Shown: one piece after another, positions 52,070 to 64,000 of the stretch
Numbering within the stretch: the stretch's first letter is position 1
How the letters are laid out: the number at the start of each line of letters is the position of its first letter
Assembly: GCA_030141605.1 (NCBI GenBank)
Contig: JAQGDQ010000192.1
Coordinates: 62,001-126,000 of the forward strand
Origin: Tubiluchus corallicola
Lineage: Eukaryota > Animalia > Priapulida
Direction of reading: 5' to 3'
DNA length: 64,000 nt
Notes under the pieces: model-generated
The model's database searches: none
What the model saw: the letters and a program-made list of their open reading frames with translations, nothing else
What the model was told of the DNA's origin: nothing
Program-made: the position numbers and the translations under genes

Positions 52070-53004
52070 CATAAACTTATCCTGTTATTCTCTCTGAAGT
52101 GCATTATCTACAATTGAGAACTAAAAATTCATTTCATTAATATGAGCTGTATGGTCCATAAGGGGAGATATGCATCTACAATGATGTGTTTATCTGTGAG
52201 GCGTTTCTATATTGGGTGGCAAATCCTCCTTGCTCGAAAAAAGTAGCGTGTCTAATAGTTTTGTTCGGGAAAAACTTAATTTTGTCTAAGTTCATCGATT
52301 TGTAATATTATTATGCAAAGTACGGGCAGTTACATAAAACTGCCATATAATTTGCATGTTATTTAAATATTGCACTCAGGTTATGAAACAATGATGCGAA
52401 GCAATGGGGATATAAAATGAGATACTTCTTGTTAATCAGTCGTCTGGTTGTAGTTAATGGAATAATTTTCCAGCTATATTAAGTGTTAAGAATTAAAAAT
52501 GTGAAATATGCCTTTCACAGTTGTGTGCGCATGCAATTGCTGTAGGTCAAAGGTTAAGTGTACCACAGCAACGCATCTTAACTTTAACCATCATGTGTGT
52601 AAAGCAAAGTTGTCTGCCGCATCAGTTCAGTAACTTCAGTTGTTTTACGTGGATTTTATTTAATTATTAAGTCTGTGCATACAGTGATTTACTAGCTTGG
52701 CAACAAGAAAAAATGAACGAGGTGAGGTTCTAGCTAGCTGTTAAAACTGTTACTAGTATGGGCTGCGAGACATTGTCAAGTGTACACAAGTGCGTTGTCT
52801 GATGCACTTGACCTTTGACCTTTTCACGTCATCAATTGCTGGAACTATGGAAAGACTTATTACGTATTTACAGACTTCAATATCATGTAGATAACCTGTA
52901 TCAATACTGCCATTGATTGGTTTCTTAAACCTAGTGCAGATAGAAGACAGAAAACAGCAACCGTGAAACAGTTTTTCTCTACTGTGTCACTAGTGATGAG
53001 GGGT

Positions 53005-53258
53005 AATGACGACAGCAAAGTTCATGATGGTGGTGATTATGGTGATAATATGACAAAGATGATGTTGATGAAGAGCACGACTATGATGATGAAGATAATC
53101 ATGACGTCATGATGTCATGACCATGATGATGAAGAAGGTGATGATATTCTTGACCACAACGATGAACCTGTTGATAACGGTGCTCACAGTAGTGGCAATG
53201 ATAAAGATCATACAGTGATGATTATGATGATAATTACAATGATAATGATATTGATGGC
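53005..53258. repeat. Degenerate (GAT)n low-complexity tract
   Basis: direct reading; similar tract at 50335-50402. Confidence 0.85.
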
Positions 53259-56236
53259 GGTCTATACTAAGAAAAGCTATGCTGTTAATGAAGGCGGGAA
53301 AATGGTAAACCCGCACATTGTTAGATTACGTGGATTCGTTCATGATTGGTCATTGGTTAATGACTGTGTAGCTGCCAATGCTTGTAGCAAACTGAAAACA
53401 TTTTGTCTTGTATTTTTGTTTTCTGCGCTCTTGGCTTCAGGGATGTTTTTAATCAATTATTGCAGTTTGAATGTTCACTAAGTACCATTAGCTCTGCAAC
53501 AGCTCTTACAGATGGCAGCAGCAGTTTTGTAAAAACGCTCTTGTAATATATATATAAAATGTGAGCCATTCTTTGACAACAAAAGGCAATATAGCATCTC
53601 TTCAAAGTTTTCTTTTTGTAAATTTGAAAGTGATGGTTTTATAAGTTAATTTTATGGTATGCATTTTATTATTGTTTTTATGATGTATGTACGTGTGTTT
53701 GATTAAAACATAATAATGCAGCAACTGCAATGGAAAGGTTTAAAATGGAATTTATATTGTTCTACTGTTATATATTGTTTCTTTGTGCAGGACAAGTTCA
53801 GACATTTGGAAGCTGGTTTAACCCACGTTTACTTTGGTTTTTTTTGTATCATTTTTGAACAGTATCACTATGTTAGGCAGTAATTTTTAGAACCTGCAAA
53901 TAGGATTCTGGCTTTGTTGTGGAGCTCAACACATAACTACTATAAACAGCAAGGTCGTAATCAGAGAATGCTATGCGACTTGAATTTTCCACTAGTAGCT
54001 AAATGTTTGTTGTACTGAACAATTACGCAAACAATTATGAGCTGCCCGCTATTTTAATATGAGGTGACAATTTCTAGTTCTCAAATATATCACTTTTAAT
54101 TAGCTATAATTGTTTGTATCCTTTATAATTTAAATACGCCAATATTATGCATGGAATTACCTCAGTCAGATTGTTCGTTTGTTTCACAATCAGCTGTACG
54201 TAGTTCGATTTCGAAATGAATTTCCAAATTTAGAAGTTTTTTACGTACACACAAAATTAATTTATCAAAACTAGAGTAGATAATTATTAGAATCAACTTG
54301 TTAATTCGAAGTCTTGAATTTTTGTTTTAAATAACGTTATTAGTGTTGTAGAACTTGTATTGCTGCTGTATAATATGTTGGTTGAATGACTGACTGCCTG
54401 TAGTTTTTTAACCTCTGCAAGTTGAAATCACGAATTTACGGCTGGCGTGTATTAAATAACTAAGTATTTAACATGATTTAACTAGAGCCATCTGTTACGA
54501 CTGTTATTAAATATAGGCCTCTATATTGATTTTAAGCTGCTGCAAAATATAGCTATTGTAATTAGCACTTATAAACCTGTGGAAAAATAAGATGCCTTTA
54601 CTCCTCAATAACTGTTGCAAATTTTTGGTACATTTGTTTATTTCAAAGAATAAATTTTCAATGATTCCCTCAGAAGTTTCTACTTTTTCATCCTAACATA
54701 TATAAACCCTATCTTTTGTACGCAATAGCTAATTATTATAGTATATAATATAACTTGATATAACTTGTGCAAACATAGCATCTATCATATCAGACAAGAT
54801 TCAAAAACTATTAATCATTATAATTTTACTGTCAAAATCATTATTGATAATGATACTAACTCAATTAATTAAATGTTGATATGAAAATAACATAATACCA
54901 TGCACATGAACGGAAAATACAAGTGTTTTATTTAGTCTATTATTAAATATTGTTTGCTGTAGATGTTCCTGCAGGAAGTGATTTCTTGTTAATTTAAAAG
55001 ATTTGTCATCATCGTCATTAGAAATTTATTTCTAGTTTTTCTAACTTTTTTAATATGACCTTAATAATTTTATTTGGCCTACTGCCCTGAGTGTGTAGCT
55101 AGCTAATTCTATTAGTTCAACCTGGTATCTAGAGTTCCTGCTTGCTTTATTTATGTCACCGTTTTTTCGCGTCCTCTTTTTTCATCGTGTTCGGATTGTC
55201 GGGCCTTGGTACTGGAAAAGTTTTGAGTTACGCATGTCGCCTGATAGCACAGGGCCCCGAATTCACAGGCAAATTGACGTACTTTTAGGCCAGAAGACAA
55301 AAGTATCAGGTATACTGCCATGGATATAATTACGTAAAAGTCTTACTAAGGTTCTTGATAAAATTATCATATTTCAAGAAAATGCCATATATTACGGCCA
55401 AATTCCCTGAGGATCACATGAACACACTGTCCAGAATTAGAAGAATGCAAGCTAGACTAAGCGTTCCAAAGCTGTGTGTCAAATGCCGAAAGTTTGACAG
55501 TAACGTGGAGTTCTCAGTTAAAGTTTGGCTCTGCGACAGACCAAGTTCCACCAAAGAACGATGTGTTGTATACTAACGCGTTCTGACCGTTCACAAACCA
55601 ATATTGTTTAACGATTATGAATAAAAAAATCTAAAACCAGTCCAACTTTCTAAAGGCATATATTTTTAATGTAAAAAAACAATCATATTCATCTAAATTA
55701 GACCTATACATCAATTTAGTTCATAGATAACATTTACGTGACATCTATTGTACTTAATGTTTGCTTGACCATGTTAATCAATGTGTGCCCGAAAGCGTAA
55801 TTTGTAATTGATCAGTGCACATTTATATACATCTAGAAAGAGTTAGAAAAAAATCAATAAAACAGTTAAGGTGAATTAAAATTGATAAATCATTAATATT
55901 GATTTGTTGCCATTTAATCATGCTTCTTTCCCCAGTCTTGCTTATATAATATAGTAATAATATGGTTCTTCATAATAATCAGTTTCATAAACTCTGCGAC
56001 CGACTTTAAGTAAGTAAACCTTTATACGACACCTATTGTAATTAATGTTTGCTTGACCATACTCGTTTAATGTGTAGTGTACTCAAAAGGATAATTGGTG
56101 ATTAATTAGTGTACATTAATATTCATTTAGAAAAAGTTAGGAAAAGTCAATGTAACAGTTAAGGCAAATTAAAATTGACATAGAAATCATTAATGATTAT
56201 TTGTTGCGATTTTCCCCCGGCTTGTTTCTATAATAT

Positions 56237-56641
56237 TGTACTGCAGGGCTGTGATGAGATAGTGTAATACTGGCAGGAGAATACAGCAGCCTTCTCAGGT
56301 GTGCGTGTGAACGTGGCTCTAACTAGCACATAGACGCTTATTCTGACCTTGTGTTAGTGGGAGCCACTAGTCACGTGCGCACCTGAGCTTATAAAAAGGG
56401 TAGGTCTGCTCTAGATCCTTGTCAGTGGTCAGTGGGCATCTCATCTCATCGCAGTTCTGTTCGCACTTCATCAGGCTTTCTGTTGCTCCATTCGGTAAGC
56501 TGTCTGGAACATTTATTTTGTTGGGTAATAAATCGTCATTTTTTTATGTTATTCATTTTGGTTTTTGTCTTTGAGTCATGCCGCACGGTGTAGGCCGCGG
56601 TGCCATCCGTTCTGCCTCCACTAAAAGTGGAGAGCAGTCCA
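56237..56641 (+). mobile_element. Solo LTR, Ty3/Gypsy-like
   Basis: TG...CA ends with inverted termini TGTACTGC/GCAGTCCA, 4-bp TSD ATAT, TATAAAA near 56390, AATAAA near 56527; interrupts a repeat unit that is intact in sister copies. Confidence 0.85.
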
Positions 56642-56649
56642 ATATAGTA

Positions 56650-59600
56650 ATGTGGTTCTTCATAATAATCAGTTTCATAAACTTCACGATCGAAATCCGG
56701 AAAGAAGCCAATAAATGGATCCCCGCCTTGTGCAACTAGAAAACTCTAGAAGAAGCGTGATTCGCTGTACATATTATTTCATAAAATGTCTGATTTTAAG
56801 TAGCTAGACTTCAGTTTGTTTTAAAACAATAATTCATAATTTTAATGGCGACTGTATTAGGGGCCAAGCCAAGACTAAAACATGGGTTTTGCAAGGGCGT
56901 AAATATTGGTGTATTGAGACTGGACACATGACGATTGGAAACGGGAAATTTTTGACACGATTAAGAATAGTAGCATTAATCAGTTTGGAGGCACTTCCCA
57001 CCTGTTTTTCTCTAGAAGTGATTAGTCGAGAAAGTGTGTTGCTCATCTACAAGTTGTCAAAGGTCAGTTAATGCACTTCCCCTTTTTGTCTTGAAGAGAT
57101 TGTTCCCAAACCTATCCTAATCTATAGTTGAATAGACATTTCCTGAGCCTATCGTTACGAATTGAGGCACACTGCCACACGGTGTAGCCGTCTAGACTTT
57201 CTGTCATACTTGTCTTTTCTGCTGAATTGTTGTACCAATTGATGTATAATAGGGAGACTGCGAGACTCCAAGTTCAAACTCAATCAAATTTTTCCCATAG
57301 TTTGGAATAAAAATCTGGCCTATTGTGCCAAAGCAATTATTTAAACATGCGGGCTCGTTTTCGAGAATATAATTTATTGTGTTTTTAGTCAACCTATATG
57401 GTAATAGAAGATGACTTCAGTGGTGATGGCGAAAGCAATGACGATGAAGATGCTGAGTGATGGTACAGACGCATATACGTTTGAAAGCAATCTAAATATG
57501 TAATTCATTTTTTAAATCTATATTTTATGAGGTCATAAATGAATTATGTTCATCAAAACAGCGTTGTTGTCTGTGTTTAGGATGCTGAAACTTGTAATAA
57601 TTCATATAATTTTTCATCTGCGATTTTTGCATCGCAGATAATTTGGTTGTTTATATTGAATGTATAAATTGTAATACGTATGCAAATTCTATATACCTAT
57701 GGAACGGTGTGCAAGATGTAATATTATAAGAATCTATTTCTTGGAATTTTTATCAACCTAGAGTAATAGTAGATAACGTTAGTATCAGCAGTGACAACTA
57801 TAATGATGAGGAGAACGAAAATGATGACACAAATTTTGGAGGTTTGACCACAAACCGATATTGTTAGAAAAAAATGTAAAGCCAGGCCAACTTTCTAAAG
57901 ACATATAATCATAATGTAAAAATCTATTATATTACTCTAAATTAAATTTACACATTTACTTTATTCACAATTCACATTTAAAAGAAACCCATTGTAATTG
58001 ATGTTTGTTTGAGAGTGTTTGCTTAATGTGTTCCCAAAAACACAATTACGCACATTGATATGCTCAGAAGGATAATTGGTGATTAATTAGTGTGCATTAA
58101 TAGTCATTTAGAAAAAGTTAGGAAAAATCAATGTAACAGTTAAGGCAAATTAAAATTGACATAAAAATCATTAATGATGATTTGTTGCCATTTAATCATG
58201 CTTCTTTCCCCAGTCTTGCTTATATGATGTAGTAATAATATGGTTCTTCATAATAATCAGTTTCATAAACTCCACGATCGAAATCCGGAAAGTAGCCAAT
58301 ATATGGAAACCCAGCTTGTGCAACAAGAAAAACCTAGAAGAAGAGTCATTCGCTATACTAATTATCTCATAAAAATGTTGTGATTTTAAGTAACTAAACC
58401 TTAGTTAGTTATAAATCCAAAATATATGAATGAGATGTGCGACTATATAATAGGCTGAGCCAAGACTAAAACGTGGGGGCGTCAGAGCTATAATACTGAG
58501 TAGTGATAGTAGTAGTAGTAAGTAGTAGTAATATTAATCTGTTTAGGGCACTTCCATCACACTTGTCCTTTTTGCTCGAACTAAGTTCAAACTCTACTAT
58601 TTTTTTTCGAAAATTGGAATCAACTCTGGCATATTACGTTAAAGTTCTTAGTCTATCACTTGACTGCGGGAGCTATATTTTGGAAAACATAATTCCTCCA
58701 GTTTTTAATCAACCTATATGCTAATAGAGGGTGACTTCAGTAGTGATGATAGATTACTAATAATTGTAATATGGCAAAAATTTGAGACAATATAATTCCT
58801 GGTGTTTTTCAATCAACCTCTAGGGTAACTATAGTACATGACATCACTGAATGCAGTGACAGCAAAATGTTGAAGAAAATGATGAAGACAGTAACATTGA
58901 CGATACAACTTCTTGTACGTTTGTTCACAAATCAATTTTGATGAAAAATATTGAGGGTGAACCAGGAAAAAAATAAAGCCAGTCCAAATTTCTATAGGCA
59001 CATATTTATAGTGTAAAAAATCAATTGTAGCATTCTGAATTAGATTTATACATCCATTTTATTCATAATTCATATTTATAGGACACCTATTCGTTGTGAT
59101 TAATGTTTGTTTACTGTGTAATACTGGAAAGCATAATTAAGGCACATTAATATACATTTAAAAAAGTTAGAAAAAAATTAGTAAACCAATCTAGGGTGAA
59201 TTAGACTAGATATGAAGATCATTAATATCGATTTGTTGCCATATAATCGTGCTTCTTTTCTCAGACTTGTTATTATATAGTAATATGGCTCTTCATAATA
59301 CTCGGTTTCATACATTCTACAATCAAAATGCAGAAACTAGCCAAAAAACGGAAATGCGGCTTGACCAACAAGAAAAACCTAGAAGAAGAGCCATTCACTA
59401 TACTAATTCTTTAATAAAAATGTCACAATTTTAAGTAACCTTAGTTAGTTTTAAGACCAAAACACATAAATCGAATGCGTGATTATATAAGCGGCTGAGC
59501 TAAGACTAAGACTTGAGAGGTGCAAGGGCTCAACTACTCGCATGTTTGGAAGCATGCAAATTTGGACACAAAGTGATTGAAAACAGACATTTTTAACACA

Positions 59601-61950
59601 AGCAAGAATTGTAATATTAATCAGTTTTGAGACACTTCTCATCTTTTATTCTCCAGAACTGATTGGTCGAGTAAACGTGGTGCTCCTGTACGAGATGTCA
59701 AAGGCAATGTATTTGTTCCCCTTTTCTCTAGAATTTCTGATTGCCAAGCACATCAGAAACTTACAGGTTTGAAATCAGTCCATATATGTAAATCCATTTT
59801 TAAATGTATATCTTATTAGATCATAAACCAATTATGTTCACCTAAACAGCATTGTTGTTTGTGTTTAGGGTACTAAAACTTGTAAGAGCACATATTGCTT
59901 CTTATCTGCTATTATTTCATAATAAGTCATTTATTTTTATTATTATATGTATATGCTGCAATGTCTTCGAATTCTATATAAATATGGAAGAGTGTGCAAA
60001 ATATATAGATTACTGAAACTGAAGGAAGGAAAAAATTGGAGAGAATGCAATTCCTGGTGTTTTCGTCAACCTGTAGGATAATTATAGTGGATGACATCAC
60101 TGGATGAAGTGACAGCAATAATGATGAAAACAACAATAGTGATGATACAACGTCTTGGACGTTTGTTCACAACCAATATTCTTGAACGCTCATAAATCAG
60201 AAAAAACATAAAACCAGTCCAACTTTCCATAGGTATATATTTATAATGTAAAGAATCTATCATATTCATCTAAATTAGACTCATACAACAATTTAGTTCA
60301 TAGTTCCCATTTACGGAACACCTATTGTAATTAATGTTTGCTTAGCCATGTTTGTTTAATGTGTGCCCGAAAGCATAATCTGTATTTGATCAGTGCGCAT
60401 TAATATTGGTGAATTAAAATTGACATAAAAACTATGTTGATTTGTTGCCATTTAATCATGCTTCTTTCCCCAGTCTTGCTTATATGATGTAGTAATAATA
60501 TGGTTCTTCATAATAATCAGTTTCATAAACTCCACGATCGAAATCCGGAAAGTAGCCAATATATGGAAACCCAGCTTGTGCAACAAGAAAAACCTAGAAG
60601 AAGAGTCATTCGCTATACTAATTATCTCATAAAATTGTTGTGATTTTAAGTAACTAAACCTTAGTTAGCTTTAAATCCAAAATATATGAATGAAATGTGC
60701 GACTATACAATAGGCTGAGCCAAGAATAAAACTTGGAGGCGCCAGAGCTTAAATACTGAGTAGTAATAGTAGTAGTAAGAAGTTGTTATATTAATCTATT
60801 AATACTCCATCATACTTCTCCTTTTTTGCTCGAACTAAATTCAAACTCTACTTATTTTTTTCGCAAATTGGAATCAACTCTGGCAGCTTACGTGAAAGTT
60901 GTTAGCCTATCACTTGACCACGGGAGCTATATTTTGGAGAACATAATTCCTCCTGTTTTTAATCAACCTATATGATAATAGATTGTGACTTCAATGGTGA
61001 TGGTAGATTATTAAAATTGAAATACGACAAAAATTTGAGAGAATATAATTCCTGGTGTTTTTAATCAACCTCTTGGGTAATTATAGTGCATGACATCACT
61101 GGATAAAGTGACAGCAATAATGGCGTAATGGTGAAGGCAATAACATTGATGATACAACTTCTTGTACGTTTGTTCGCAAACCAATATTGATGAATGATGG
61201 TGAATCAGAAAAAAGATAAAGCCAGTCCAAACTTCTATAGGCACATATTTATAATGTAAAAAATCAATCATATTCATCTAAATAAGATTTATACATCCAT
61301 TTTATTCACAATTCATATTTACAGGACACTTTTCATTTGTGATTAATTTTTTCTTAATGTGTAATGCTGGAAAGCATAATTAAGGCGCGTTAATATATAT
61401 TTAGAAAAGTTGGAAAAAATTAATAAAACTGTCTAAAGTGAAATAGCATTGACATAAAAATCGTTATATCAATTTGTTGTCATTTAATCATGCTTTTTTG
61501 CTCAGACTTGTTATTATATAGTAATGTGGTTCTTCGTAATAATCAGTTTCATACAGTCTACGATGGAAATCCGGAAAGTAGCCAATAAACGGAAATGCGG
61601 CTTGAGCAACAAGAAAAACTTAGAAGAAGAGTCATTTGCTATACTAATTCTTTCACAAAAATGTTATGACTTTAAGCAACTACATTTTAGTTAGATTTAA
61701 GACCAAAATATGTAAATGTAATGGGCGACTGTATAAGGGGCCGAGCTAAGACTAAATCTTGCGGGTGCAAGGGCTTAAGTGCTGATGCATTTGGGCACTA
61801 GCAAATTTAGCTACAAGATGATTGGAAACAGAATTTTTTAACACGAGCAAAAGTAGTAATGTTAATCCGGTTGGGGACACTTTCCACCCCTTATTCTCCA
61901 GGACGGATTGGTTGCAAAAATGTGAAGGTCATGCATGAGCTGTCAAAGAC
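56650..61950 (-). pseudogene. Tandem decayed exon copies of an unidentified gene (VFLVAQAGFPYIGYFPDFDRGVYETDYYEEP...)
   Basis: conserved cttcttctag acceptor and open frame in copies starting near 56744, 58333, 59378, 60593, 61619; silent/conservative differences; premature stops or LTR insertion in the copies. Confidence 0.5.
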
Positions 61951-64000
61951 CAAGGTACCTCTGCCCCCTTTTAATATTCATAATAATAGAACCCATTGGG
62001 AAAGTCAGTTCCGTAAACTCCGCGATGAGAAGGGGGAAATAATGGTGGATGAGCAGCAACAAATACTTAAAAGAGGAAGAGCCTTTAGCTATGCAAATTT
62101 TTTCCCAGATTTGTCTCCCTCATTAACATACAATAGCCAGTGGGTATATGGCAGATGAATCTACCCTGAAATATTGCTTGATAGTCACACCTTACTAACC
62201 AGGTTTAGTGTTGCTTTACTTAATTCGCTTCACACACATCTAATGAGAAGTAAAAACTATTTGCCTGTGCTGTATGTCTACACGTGTAGTCATCCAGATT
62301 TATGATAACATTCAAGATGTACGACCGAGGTTCTGTCATTCATAGCTTCTATAAGATAAACCTTTTCAGATTTTTTTCTTTGTGTATTGGTCAGTGCGAA
62401 AAAAAGCTTTTTAGATTCCAATCTACGGTATAATAGGTTGCTGAACGGTATTTGCATGTTCGCTTCATAACAATGTTTTTTTAATTGCTATTGTTATTCT
62501 TATTGTTATTATTATAAACAAATTGCTGTCTATATACCGTTCCGCGATTCACATCTTTAACATGCACATTATCATTGGCATCACAATCTCAACTTGAATC
62601 TTCTTTAAATACATGTAAATTCACTACAAATCTCTTGATTGATAACAGTTCGGATAGTAACTATCTACGGACAACCGTTTATCTTTGGCGGCAGAGGGAA
62701 CCTGAAACGTGATTGTGGGTGTTTAAGGCAATTAAACTTTTAGTAGCGCATATAATTTGGCATAATAAAGTCCGAGAATTTTGCGTTGCAGGTGGCTTAC
62801 TTGTTTATATTGTATGTAAACATTACAATCATACTTTAATGTTTTCCACTTCCACTTCTACATGGATAGCTACCATATGTATTAATGTACTACTAATTCT
62901 ACTATATGTAAAGGCGCAAGCCGTGTCGATCACTAAAACTTGAAAGATGATTAACCTTATGGAGAATATAATTCTTGCGTCTAGTTATAATGGATAATGT
63001 TAGTGGTAGTAGTTACAGTAATATACAGTGTATTGACAAAGACAGTGACAACGATGGTACAGAAACTTGGAAGTTTGATCATCAATTCATACGCACAAAG
63101 CAATTTTTTATATTTATAATGTAAAAAAATCATCATGTTCATTTGAATTAGATTTATATATGTTATTTCATCATTAATATTTTACATTAACTGGAAACTC
63201 ATTGTACGTAATGCTTACTCGACAACATTTGCTTAATGTGTACCCAAAAATATAATTGAGCAATATTAATAAATTTTGCAATGTTACAAAAATCAATAAA
63301 GCATTTTAAATCATAATTCATGTTGGAAATTAAAATTGTCATAAAAATTATCAACCCATCCGAGACCCTGCGAGTTTTAGTTTTGATTTGGAGTAAGACA
63401 GTTGTACCAGCAGCGGTACGAAACGAAATTTCTACGAAAATCAAAATATTGTAATGCACTAAAATAAAAAGAAGAAATATGTTGCACAAACATACATATA
63501 GAATTGTACTTACGAGTTGCAGCAAGAACAGCACGAAAATTATTTTGTATTCCATTCTCTCTAAGAGTTCTTCAAAATCTACACTGAATCTAAAAATGAT
63601 AAAATTCGTTAATGTTTTTTGTGAGTTGCTAAGGGTGAGGTGTGGGTTGTTTTGTAAGTGTGTTTCTCTCAGCGAACGACCTAATCAACCATTAAAAGTT
63701 TGGCTCTGATCACAGAGCTTGTTAAGGTTATCCGCTCGGTCGAGGGAACTGTTCAGTGAATTGTCTTCATGCATTATAAATAATAAAAGGTTTCGCTGCC
63801 AAACATAGAATATACATTGATGAATTTTGTTTTCGTCAATGAATTACCAATACCTTGCGCTAAAAATATCACCTTTTTTTCATTAAAAGTGACTTCGCTG
63901 GTTTGACTAACAGGAATATATAAGTTTTTTGCTTTGACACACAGAATTACGGCTTTTCTCTGCATGTTTAATACACGCTCTGATAAAGTATTTTTCAGTA

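Larger units (their letters stand above)
55590..63350. repeat. Degenerate tandem array of ~1.0-1.2-kb units with ~2.25-kb higher-order period
   Basis: landmark ccagtccaactttcta near 55637, 57882, 58979, 60213, 61222; landmark atttgttgccatttaatcatgc near 55902, 58180, 59231, 60440, 61472. Confidence 0.9.

Overview
AT-rich, intron-rich eukaryotic (probably invertebrate animal) genomic DNA, not prokaryotic; almost all ORFs in the supplied track are spurious or partial exon read-throughs. Two spliced + strand genes can be reconstructed exon by exon with consistent GT-AG phases. The first is a 5'-truncated class XIX myosin (MYO19; 19 exons, 609-19262, about 904 aa in window). The second is a complete fructosamine/ketosamine-3-kinase (FN3K/FN3KRP; 8 exons, 27589-52069, 311 aa). 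Between them lies a ~565-bp internally deleted RTE retroposon whose 5' end is a twister ribozyme core starting exactly at the self-cleavage site. Other elements: several TIR MITEs, tRNA-derived SINEs (one fold-back), LINE relics, a 38-bp minisatellite (~51 units) in an FN3K intron, a Gypsy-type solo LTR, and a ~1.1/2.25-kb degenerate tandem array (55.6-63.3 kb) that appears to consist of decayed copies of the 3' exons of an unidentified - strand gene. All calls were made by eye, without searches.
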